The notes beneath the pieces were generated by a model. The model saw nothing but the letters and a program-made list of their open reading frames with translations. It was not told where the DNA came from and did no database searches. Source: Azolla caroliniana (lineage: Eukaryota; Plantae; Polypodiophyta). From it: 64,000 nucleotides of DNA. Every line of letters begins with the position of its first letter. Position 1 is the stretch's first letter. This document shows, one piece after another, positions 26,401 to 38,162 of the stretch. The translations under genes and the position numbers were made by a program. The stretch lies in assembly GCA_043228905.1 (NCBI GenBank), contig JBHGNT010000003.1, positions 186,001 through 250,000 on the forward strand. Reading direction: 5' to 3'.

Positions 26401-29322
26401 ACTTTAGGGACTGCCTTACCCAGTTATTGAGGTTTCTTGTGCTCTGCACATGTTGCTGCTTCGATAAAGTTTCATGGCAAAGAGTTGCCTCTGAAAGGGG
26501 TAGAAACTTTGTAAGCAGGCTAGGAAAGGCTAGCTGGTTGAAAGTTAGACAAAAGTCAGAAAGGAAGAGATCTATTTATAGACCCAATTTGAAGTAGTTG
26601 GCTGGCTGTAGCCTTCCAATAGCCAAGTCCCACACCATGCCATTAAGAACAGTATGTTGCCAAATGATGAGCATTGTAATTCTCCAACATACCATTCCAG
26701 CTCCCAAGTGACAATGTGCTTGATGGCATATAGTCCTGTATGCATAGCGTCTGGCCAAGGCTCATCACAAGAGCCCCACCCACTAATGTAGGCCGAGCTA
26801 GTTGTAAACTGAATGTGGGATCTAAAGAAAAATTGTAAGAAATTGCCCCTCCCCCGTCAAAATTTATTGTTTTCTGCAATGGAGAGGTGGGATGTGGCTG
26901 AATCAGATCCTCCGGTTGGAAAAAATCCATGCAGCCAGATGAGAATATGATGGAAGACAACCATGGTCCCCATGGAATATGTTTCTCCTCAAAAGGTGAA
27001 GGTGCCTGAATGCCATAGAAGATTCTCATCATCAGATGAGATATAATCAGGATAAAGGGGTTCTCAAGGACATCAGGTGCATGGAGAAGAAATAGGAATA
27101 GATGTGGTAGCAGAAGATGTCTCCCTGCAGCTGAAGGTGAGACAAAAGATAACATCATGGCATACCACTGCAGACCTCATGTCCAGATCATGAAGGTAAA
27201 AACCTTGACGTCCACGCTATTCCAAGAAACACTTCAAAACTTTGGACCTAGCTATTGTCGCTGTCTAATGGTGAAAACCTTTTTTCCCTTGCTTTTTTGA
27301 ACAGGTGGTCAGATGAGTTTTCTTAAGCATGTGATGAAATGATATGTGAATCGACCTATGGATGCCATTCTCTATTTTATATTTTAACAAACTACAACTT
27401 GTGGAGGTGGCATATAAAGATTTGGAAGTGAATGATGGTGGATTCTGACCACCGTAATATTCAAAGGGTCTCATGTCTTTCACAATGTGCGTGGATATAA
27501 ATAAACCATTGTAGAGCATGCCTCAGCCCAATACACATGCTCCAATGATGCACACTAAAGCATCTCTGGAGCCACCTCCATGATGGTGCTGTTTTTGGAG
27601 CTTTATAGAATGTAACAGCTGTTAGCTGTCATTAGTACTTGCTCTTTGAAAAAGTTATGAATCTTGTGGAAGTGAACTCTCTTAATAAAATATGGATATT
27701 TGATATTTAAAAGAGAGAATCAGAAAATAAATCATATGTATTTTTATAATATGCTTTAATCTATAGCAAGAGATATGAAACACCTTCAGATCGTGAATGA
27801 AAAAATTGGCCTATCAATGGTGAAAGATGATAAATATAAATACAAAGATAACAAGCTCAGCCGTCCAGGCTTAGCATTTTAAAGATAAATAACAGTGCTA
27901 ATCCTCTATTCTTTTATACTACAGAGGGTTTGGATAGCTCTCTTACTGTTGGATGTTTTATCTAGTGTGGGCTCAGCCGTCCAGCCTAATCCTCTATTCT
28001 TTTACACTACAGAGGGTTTGGATAGCTCTCTTACTGTTGGATGTTTTATCTAGTGTACTTCATGTACAATGTAGGATTGTTTTTTCACTATACAATGTGG
28101 TTTCAGAGAAAAGTCACATCCATATCAACAAGGAAATACATGTTACGCCAAAATGGTGCTATGTTGAAGCTATATAAATATGGATTCATGTGAACGGAAA
28201 CTTCGAGGTTCATTACATCTTAGTAAAGATAATGGAGATGATAAAAAAAACATTGAAAAGAATACTTGGTATGGCATTAAACATATATAATATACTTGAT
28301 ATTCGGTCATTTCGGTTTAGCCTATTTAAGGGCAAACGAGATATTTCAAGGCTGAAATGTTTCACCGCAACCACCCCCAAAAGGCTACGTTTTGTGTGGC
28401 GAATTTGAATTTGGCTCTTGTTCCTTATCTCCAGGGTCAATCAATGCATTATAGCTAAGATTGTCTGAGGAAATAGAGGTTGGATGTTCCTAATATTAAG
28501 CTCAAAGCAAGGGTCCTGTTTAAGAGGGGATCACTTTCTCAGCTTTTTCAGTTTTCTTGCACTTAGAGCTTTTTACGAGCTTTTACTCCATATTGACCAT
28601 TTTTTTCTTGCAAAATGGCAAAACAAATCGGATTTGGGTTTAGCATCATTACCATCTTCAGATTGAGTCCCAGGAAACCTTCTTCCCCTTACCAAAGTTA
28701 AGTGATCACTTCACAAGTTTTAGCTTTATGTTACTAAAATGTATTTGAGCTACACATAAATTAAATTTACTTAGTGTTCATATGCACTTAAGTCCGAGAA
28801 TAAAATATCAAGTGTTAGCTGGGAGGATTGATAAACCTAAGGAGAAAATACGATATTAGGAAATATACATCGCCTGTTGTTTTTCTTTCTTATTGGAAAA
28901 TATTCTAGATAAGGAAAAGAATACAGCACCTACTTGATTCCTCCTAATAATGGAATTTACTTTTGCAAAGATTCAAGTAAATGGACCTACAAGTTTACAA
29001 GGAACCCCGATCTTCTTTAGCTTGGTTCTCTTGACTAGGACCAACTGCTCCACGCTCTGCACCTCGGTGGCCACCTTCTCAGCGTGTACCTCGACACCTT
29101 GCCCAATGCCTTTCAAGAAATCCGCGACACTCAAACCTAAAGTCAGGATTTTATAACGTTAGAAAGATAGATATATTCATGAGGGGAGCGAAGAAAAACA
29201 GAGAATGTGAGAGATTTATATAGCATGCCTTTCGCTTCCTGGGATGCTGCTGCTGCTTCTGAGGTGAAGAGACGGGTGGCGCAGGCGGTTCGGTGCAGGC
29301 GAAGGAGATTGAGCGCTGCCAT
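23489..29322 (-). CDS. mS41: Mitochondrial ribosomal small-subunit protein mS41 (IGR-motif / Fyv4 family), 101 aa (exons 29322-29229, 29136-28991, 23554-23489)
   Basis: Spliced product MAALNLLRLHRTACATRLFTSEAAAASQEAK-GLSVADFLKGIGQGVEVHAEKVATEVQSVEQLVLVKRTKLKKIGVPCKL-RRLIMRYTEKYRQNLWKPKIE*. This matches the plant mS41 pattern I recall (FLxGIGxGVExH...LKKxGIPCKxRKLILKY..KYR..LW.P). Arg/Ala-rich mitochondrial presequence. Intron 1 needs a GC donor (AAG|GCATGC). Confidence 0.85.
25795..26366. mobile_element. Non-autonomous hAT-superfamily element (MITE-like, 572 bp)
   Basis: Terminal inverted repeats CATAGTTC...GAACTATG flanked by perfect 8-bp TSD GTCTGGAG (25787-25794, 26367-26374). Subterminal ATACG/CGTACG repeats; no coding capacity. 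Confidence 0.88.
26400..27600 (-). mobile_element. Degenerate LINE RT-region relic in mS41 intron 2
   Basis: Fragmented minus-strand frames resembling the post-RT part of L1 ORF2 (e.g. KKGFHH..., Trp-rich pieces); no intact domain. Confidence 0.3.
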
Positions 29323-29699
29323 AGCCGCTGCTTCCTCTTACAATATTTGAAGACGGAATGTTCGATGGGGTAAATTGTAATTGATTGAATTCGTCTCACC
29401 ACAGAGATGAATCGTTCATTCTCTGAAGCTTCCTTTTCCTCTTCTTTTTGCTTTTCTTATGGGAATCACGTGATGTGAGTGAGCTTCCCAATCTCATTAT
29501 TATTAACCCACCACTGCCAGCATCTCAAGTTGCAGGGTTTTTTTGAGACAAGATGTGGCTAGTAACCATGAAGTAATCCATGATATTAGGCCTAAGGCCA
29601 TTCTCATCACAACAACATTGGATTCCATAGCAAGCATAAGCATATGCAACAAAACTAGTTCATCAACGATTTGTTGCTCATTTTAGGAGGATGGGCTAT

Positions 29700-32100
29700 A
29701 TATATATATATATATCAAGGTTCCTCATGTCCATCCTTTAGTTCTCTCTGTTGTTCTAATCGATGTACATGGTGCCATGACATATGGTCTATTCTCAAGA
29801 CTTCCTTCTTTTGTGAGCAATATCAACCTAGGAAAGATTGAATCAAGATGGTGTGTGCTCTCTACAATGGACTACCTGACCATCCTACATACTTGCTCTA
29901 CTAACACGGACACCTTAAGTTGTTTTTTTGTAGCAAAGCCATATTAATGTTAGGGATTTTCAGTTTTTACTCATCACAAAGGGTAGAGTGCATTTCAACC
30001 TCTTGCACATATTCATGTGGACTTTGCTTAATTATGTATCAAACGAAAGGAAATCATTAGCTCTTGGTTCAACCAAATTCATGGTATCTTGGTTTGATAT
30101 ATCCCGACTATGCACATGTTGCTTCTTATGAATAAGGTGAACACATATTTGCATTTTTCAAACTTCAACTCGAGGTTTTGGATAAGCATCCATGTGAGGT
30201 GGTAAGGATTGTGTCTTGTTGGACTTCCTCTATCATTGAGGGAATTTTATTCCTTCCAATTGTGTGTGTCAAGGTTTTCTACAAGTAATTGTGAGCCATT
30301 TGTTTCCTCTTCCTCTTAATGATGTCATGTGCTTTTGTAAATTTAGAGACATACATTAGACACATGTGTCTACTTATACTCCAATTTGTTTTTAGACTAT
30401 AACTACTAACAAGTGCACACTCATCTTCCCTTTTCGATTGGGCAACCTAGTAGTAAATTATCCTAACCAAAACCAGGACACATAGCCTCTCATTGGAACC
30501 ATGTCAACCAACCGGTTGTGGAGAAGGTAGTCTTGGTTTCTTAGCTTGTTGCGAGTTGGAAATGTCATAACATGATCAATTGGCATTTTGCACAATCATG
30601 CTTGGTGGGCGCTCACTAACAATGTGGGAACCCTAGCAGTTGAAGCATTTTATTTTAGGCAAATGTATAGGCCTCAGGGTTCACCTCTTTGGTCACGAGT
30701 GTCATTTGTCAAAATATACACAAGATAGATGGCGCCATTTATTTATATCTAATGTGAAACACTTCTCATTGTAGCCACATCAAAGGTCCTATATCTAGAT
30801 ATTACAAGGTTCCCTCAACCAAAGACTTGTTCATATAGAAAATATTCAAGTTTTACCGGGCATGCCACAATCCTAGATAAGGGTAGTTGTTCAAGCAGGA
30901 ATATAACAGGTGAATTGTGTGGGAGGCCCTAGGATATGATGTAGTCTGTTCAACATATGATGCTTGTCTGAATCTCCCATTGAGGGCCCTCCAATAATTC
31001 TCAAGGCTATGAATCACAAACGCTTTACATCAATTGCAAATTGGCTATGTTCTCTCAAACAACATATTCGAAGGGTTTCTCTAGTGTTTTTTCGAAATGG
31101 TGAGTAATCATGGGTAGTTGTGATAGTTGTTCCCATGTTTTTTTGTCGCATTAGTGGGTGTCTACAAACTTATCATCGAGTCTTTAAACCTCATAGATAG
31201 CATGCATGCTTGAAGTTTTAAACTTGTTAGCAATGACGTTTCATATTTGTCCCACCTAAGAGTGGTTCATAAGTTTGTGTAATTGCCTTGAATTGTTCTA
31301 ATGTTCGTAAGTGTTGCTACATGGGGCAACTTCTTGTTGTCATTCACATAACCATTAGGGGAGTGTTTCTTCACTTGCAATTCACTAAGGTTAATAACAT
31401 TCGATAGATAGACCAGAGAGAGGTAACTAATTCTAAGTTAAGCATGCTAATCGTTGGGAACATAGCCTTCTCATTCTTGTGGGTATTTTGTGCTTTGGTT
31501 ATTGGTGGAGTCTTAGTGGTTTGGTATCCTATTAAAGGTTCCTCATGGCTAGTAGAAAGTTCTCGCAAAGCTAGTCTTGGTTGTAGTGTCAATGAATGCG
31601 GTGGTTGGTATGTACTTTGTGTTGATAAACCTTAGTTATTTCCACATTTCAACATCTCTATCTATATTATCAGGTTATTGCAAGAGTCCATGCACGGATG
31701 GATTTGATCTTAGCTAGTATTTCTTCATGGAGTTTTCCATTGGCTAATTGGTTGAACCAAAGATGAATCTCTTTGTTTAGGGATTTGGGTTTAAGGAGTG
31801 CATCTTCTTTAGTGCGCATGAGGTCATTTAGTGTCAACTTTGGGCAATCCATCTAAAGGGAGGGAAAGGTGGATATACTAGTTGATCTCATCTCACGATT
31901 TTCTTCCAAGCCCATCATAAGTCTTTTTGTAGTTGGGTGGTATGGGAGTCACACTTTCTGTACTTTCCAAAGGTTCATTTGAACCTTCAAAACAAAACCG
32001 TTCCATAAACCTATTAGCGGACATGGCTACCTTAGTGTAAGTTTGAGTTTTTGGATAGGGGTGGGGAATTGTATGCAATAATCCTACACAATGAGACTTA
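29700..32100 (-). mobile_element. Highly decayed LTR-retrotransposon gag-pol relic
   Basis: Remnant CCHC-knuckle-like KCFNC*GSH near 30600-30650 on the minus strand; otherwise stop-riddled. Confidence 0.3.
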
Positions 32101-33299
32101 CCTAACTTGTGTATAGAGATACGTATATAATGTATTTTACTATATTTTGTATATCAGTGGTGCGTTCTATATATTGCCAACAAGATGATTCACTAGGATG
32201 GCTCACCATGATCAAAGTTATTCATAACTTTTACATGATGACTCTGAAAACTCAACAAGATGGTTGAAGACAACTCTGCATGATGATTTTAATTGAGGAT
32301 GTTAATCATAACATGTTGGTCCATAGTAGGATCTACATAATAGTTGAGGTTGAGGTTTAACCTCAACAGAATGCTTTACTATGAATTCTATACAATGGTT
32401 CAAATTGAACACTCCAACTGATCTATTTGTCTCATTCAACTCAATCTACTTGTCTCATTCAACTCAATGAGGTCTTCCATTCCATGAACTTCGTGAAAAT
32501 AGGGAGGCCAACAACATAAATTTAATAAAACTTTATTGGAATAATGAAGGGAAATTAACGATAATTAATCACACAAAATACAAATTTAATCAAAACTAAC
32601 CAAATTACCAAAAATGGGCAAAACAATTAGGGTTTTGAAAAAAATGTTTCTTTTCACTAGTTCGTCATAGTCGCATAAATGATGATGCTCAATGTAGTGT
32701 TTAATGAGATACAAAGACATTAGGTATAGCGTTGCCCTATGGGTCACATTTCAACAATGCTAACACCTTGTTTCATAGTGGTGAATTAGTTTTCTTCCTA
32801 GATGAAATAGAATCCTATCTTTTCAGCACACAACATTGGTTTTTCTTTTGAGCACATATTGTCTTTATCTTGGTATGGGCACATAGCTTTAGCAAAATGT
32901 ATTTTGACGATTCAAATCTAGCAAACATTGCCTTCACACCACTTAGCCATTGTTGCTCTACCTTTGCCTTTCGATAACTGGTAGTGGGTTTTGAAACCTT
33001 GAAGCCTCTACAATGGTGTGATGTGGATGGGCAAAGGGAGGAAAGTACTTCCTTGGCACCATTTATCTATTGCAGCTCTGCTTTTTCATTTCAATAATTG
33101 TTAGTAGTTTAGAACCCTTGAAGCCTCTACAATGTCGTGATGTAGATGGACAAAGGGAGGAAGGTACTTAAAACCCCTAGTTTGGGGTAGGACAAGGTTC
33201 AAGGTTAAGAGAGATACTAAAGGCAATCAAAAGGAAATTAAGATTAAACCAACAAGCCAATATAGCGTAATTGAAAAGATATAACTATTGGAATGGTCA

Positions 33300-35060
33300 A
33301 ATCTAATATAGACTACAAAATATGGACAATGTATGCTACAAAAAGAAAGTTACTATCTTGGTAAGTGGGCTCTTAGAACCTATACAAGGCGAAGGAGGGC
33401 TCGTTGCCATGGATTATCGTTTTGGTATTGAAGAAACTATTGGAACCACATATCCAACGACATAAGTGATTTGTGACAATCAAGAAACGACCAAGGCTCT
33501 TCACACTTACTCTCAAGTCTTTCTCGTTGTTCCATTGATTTCATTTCTTCCTTGAATCTGACTGAATCTACCCTATACAACAGGCGTGATCTTTGTAAAA
33601 CTAGGTACTAGAATGAGTTGAGCACAATATTTTGATTTTGAAGAATCTATTTTTTATGAATGATGTAATTTGGTAAATTGTAATTGTTACATGATTTGTA
33701 TCTTTTTGACGATTGCTAAGGAATTTCGTATCGAAACATTTGAAAATTAAGCAAACTCTAAGTAAAATTTGTTATTTCCATGGATGATGAAATTCAAGTT
33801 CAAAACTTGGAAGGATTTATTGCCATTGCCAACCTCACACTAAGACGATTGTGATAGAATTTTTGGCTAATTGGTCACCTTCTTTTGTGCATAGCAAGAG
33901 AGAATTTTCTTTTGGCTAAGTTATCTTTAGGGAATTTTCTCTCTAATTGGTCACCTTCTTTTGTGCATGTTTGGTTTGGATATTTTACTCTTGTTGGTGT
34001 TATGATAGGAGTAAAATGAACATCATCGCAAGGAGACTATTACTATTTTGATGTATCTAAGGAAGGAAGATTATGGCAAATTGATGTGGAATCGTCAATT
34101 TGGCAAACGACATTGCAATATCCAGTGAGAGTGATTGGAAAATGAGGTAAAAGGTGGATTTTAGATCCTTCTCCTTCTGATAGTATGTTATTTTGCCAAC
34201 TATGGGTATTTAGAAAAAAAATCGTTGTTGGACTTGCATCGGGATCCATCAGATTATCTTTGGAAACATACAAATCCTTCGTTTCATACTAATTTTTTTC
34301 AATTTTTTCAATATTCTGTGAAATTGGGAAGAAAGTTGTTTTTAAGTAGGAAATTGCATCCACCATCCGCTTTGAAAGTGTGGTTGGCGAATGGGGCCTC
34401 TTTAATGGATGATCTAAATATTGGAAGTTGGAGTATGCAGATTCTCAGGAAGATTGTACTTTTCCATTGGTTAGGATCCATTATGCACTACCAGTTTAGG
34501 CTTGGTTATGACAAGTAAATAGTAAGTTGTGTGGATTTGGTTATGGATGTATGATGGAATCAATTAATCATGTATTGTGGTCTTGTCCTAAAATTATGCA
34601 AGTATGGATGAGAGTACTAAGGTTGTTGATACTGATACATGTTAATTGTGTGATCACTTGAGGTGCGATTAGGTGGGGCATTCTAGAGGGACAATTGTTG
34701 TTATATGAAAAGGAGGATATAGTAGAAGCCTTTCACATAGTTCCTCCTCATATACAAATGGTTCAAATTGATAGTTTGCAATTTAGGGATGATATTATTT
34801 GGAAGACAATTTCATCTATTCTGATGTGGCTAATTTGGAAGGCGTGATGTACATCAGTTTTTGACAACGTCACTTATGATGTTTCTATTATAATTGTTGA
34901 ATTTAGGTCGTTACTTATTCATACATTACATAGTTAGTACGAAAGTTTTACAGGCAATGTTGATGCTATTTTCAGGAAGCAAATGCATTTTAAAAGGTTA
35001 TGTGATTCAATGCTCATTTTTAGGGAAGATGGAGATCATATAATATGGATGTATATTGTT
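33300..35060 (+). mobile_element. Degenerate L1 LINE ORF2 3' portion
   Basis: Remnant motifs such as EGGL (33390) and MWLIWKA..VFDN (34824-34870), typical of plant L1 3' ends; many stops. Confidence 0.4.
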
Positions 35061-35363
35061 CCTGTCATTTTGGGAAACAATGCCTACTAACTTCGTTTAT
35101 GGACTCTGTTACTACAGATGTTGGTGGTATAGGTTACATTGCATGCTCAATTGCAATTTGGGTGGAGTAGACCATAAAAAATCTTGGAGATATGGTGTAC
35201 AAATATGTGTAGTTCTTATATATTCACATCAAATCGGCTATGATGTGAGCAGAATGGAGTCGGTTGGTATACTCCTTTATCCAATACAACTTTTGTATTT
35301 CTTATGATTTTGATAATACTTTTGAGTAATCGTTGCGGAATATAAGTCATAATGAACAAACAC

Positions 35364-35882
35364 TGTTGAAATACGAATCACAGGAATATGCCAAGGAAAA
35401 ACAAGATGAACAATGGTGCACAGAGATTTACGTGGAAACCCTAAAACGGGGAAAACCACGGGTGAACAGAATTTCTTCACTATACGAAGTGGATATACAA
35501 CACCGAGAGGAATACAACACTCTGTTGAGTGTATCAGCCACACAGGGCTCTTCGCGTCTACTGTTACTCACACAACTATGGCGCGGCTCACACCTCTCTC
35601 TCTTACACTCTCACAAGTTCTCTTACTCTGTTCATCTCACTAACACACACACACACTAAAAGTTTTCCCTAGTTGCATATATGCTTACGCAACTTTCTGG
35701 TTATTTACGTACGTAGCCCTCATGGGGCGCTCATTCAGACTATTTACAAATATAGTCTCCCGAGTTGGCTATATACACGATTCCGGTTTCGGCCTCGGCC
35801 AGTCCCTCATCAACTCGGCTCCTTGACTGTCGGCTTTCCGAACGGTTGGATCTTTCTCTCACTGGAGGGACATATCCCAACA
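35364..35882. mobile_element. Solo LTR, probably copia (Tork/Tnt1-like)
   Basis: TGTTG...CAACA terminal inverted repeat, near-perfect TSD AACAC/AATAC, and internal gatttacgtggaaaccc...gggaaaaccacgg motif typical of such LTRs. No internal domain. Confidence 0.8.
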
Positions 35883-38162
35883 AATACCAAGGCATATCTC
35901 TTTAGGGGAAAAAAAAACATTGCAACAATGTGGGGGTAAGGTAATCCATGCCCAAATATAGTTCATCATCAATACATAGTGATGATTATGGTCTCATTCA
36001 CAATCAATGCTATGTAGCCAAGAATGTCAAGGGTTGTGCATCTTGGACATAAAAAACAGTTCTAGAGTATCGTGGCAGAATTTCATTACCAAAGTTTGGA
36101 CATGCCAATGCATGTTGTATTTGGCATGCACCATATGTTCAATAATGGAACATAGCTAGTCTCGTTATAATAGTGAGTGGGGAACAAATGAGGTATAGAA
36201 GAACAACTTTCATAACACCAAGTACAAAGAGAGGTAGAACTTCATGGGCACCTAGAAAAGAAGAGAATAACTAAATATAAGTTCTTCATTCCTTGATGAA
36301 TCTTCATGTTACAACAATGGATTGTTATTGCGGCCCCTTTGAGGCAACTCCACAAATACATAAGACCATTCCTATATAGTCTTTTCACACATCTTAGGAT
36401 AATCCCTATTCAAGTCCTTACATTCCCATAAGTTTGTACACCTTAGCCAACAACGATGATGATTCAGGTTTTCAAGGGCTACATACTTGGTAACACCGAG
36501 CATCACAACAAGGATGTACATAAAATTAGCATAAATGTGAATGATGATCCCTATTGCATAAGTAATAAATGTTTTGTAGGAATCCAAGTTGGCTTGTAAG
36601 AAAGTTTATGAGAGTATAAATTTGGAAAATCACATGTAATTATTCCTCTGGCATATATGTGTGTCATCTTAAATGGTAGGTTACTCGCAATTGAATATCA
36701 TCTCAAAAATATACTCGATTCCCACTCCCAAATCAAAGAGACAGACCATAGAGTAGAAATTACAAGATAAGGGTAGACTTTATCTATCGAGCTTGCCTTC
36801 GTTTATGTGTACACGAGGGGGGGGGGGGGGGGGGCACATAATGAATGAGTTGGTTGTTCAACATCCTTTAACCGCAATGTTAGGATCATCCGACCATGTA
36901 TACATAGACATAGGTTAACCAAACATGTTAGGACCCTGTAATCAATCAACATGCATTAACTACTACACTAGAAATTAGTCCCATGCATCTAATAACCTGC
37001 CCTTTTCCTCCCAACTTGTCCGGCCTTCATTGAGACCCACTATGTTTGTTACACTTAGTCATTTGTGCATACATGGAGGTATTTTTGAAATGGCCTTCTC
37101 TCGATGTTAATGGACGAATCTTATTAGGTGGTTCTTGACTATGACTACGGGCACCCTACCCCACCCTCTCAAATTTCATGGGGGGGGGGGGGGAATAAGG
37201 TGGTGCATAACGCACATGGTCGTGGTTGTAAATCGCTACTCCAGCCAGTATTAACTATGTTGTAGTCTACTATTGTGTCTTGATAGATAGCGCGAGTCTC
37301 TTCTTCTTCTTCTTCTTCTTCTTCTTGGTTGGCTGGGCTTTCTTTCGTATACATAGGAAAAAAGAACAAAAAAGAAATCTCGTGGGGTAGCAGCAAGCGA
37401 GGAGCTGCCACGTGGCCCAAAAACATATCCCCACCAAAGCAAAGATCAAGCCCCTCTCTCTCTCTCTGTCTCTCTCTATGTGTGTGTGTGTGTGTCTCTC
37501 TCTCTCTGTGTGGGTCTCTCTGCATCTCTGCCTTTTCGCCCTTTCCTTTATTTATACTTTCCTTTTCCTTTTTCCTTTTCCTTTCCTCTTCTCTCCTCTC
37601 CTCTCCTCGCCTTTCCCTTTCCCCTTTTGTTTTTTTTTTCTCTTTCTTCTCCCATTCTCCCCCAATTCGCTTTTCGTTCCTTGTTCTTGTTCTTGTTTTG
37701 CTGGGCTTCTGCTACAGCAGCAGAGGCAGCAGCTCGCCTCGCCTCGCCTACTGCTGCTACTGCTGCTACTGCTGGCGATCGTAGTTACAATAGTAGTAGT
37801 AGTGATCTTTGTCCCTAAATTATATCCAATCCGCGATCGCACATTCCTAAATTTATGCAATTACGGTACTAATGCTCTGATCTCTTTATTCTAGATACTC
37901 ATCCCTCCATCAAGGCGGCTAAAACTTGCTTAAATTCATACATCCATAGCTAGCTAGCCCCCCCCCCCCCCCTGCAGCTCCAGTCTCATCTCACGCTGGA
38001 TCCCTCACACCCGTACTGTATCCTTAGATTCTCCCTCGCTCCGGTTTTCGCAAGCACAGTACGTAGTACTCAACCTCTGCTACTTCCAGCCGACCATCAT
38101 CAATATTATGCCTTCGTCGTCGCCTCTCTCCATGGTCCAATGTCCTGTGGTCTAATCAATCA

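Noticed and set aside
37169-37894. Several 100-160 aa ORFs, some looking like membrane or basic proteins
   Set aside because: Products of CT/GT/CTT/CAG simple repeats in the CCCH leader; low complexity in all frames.
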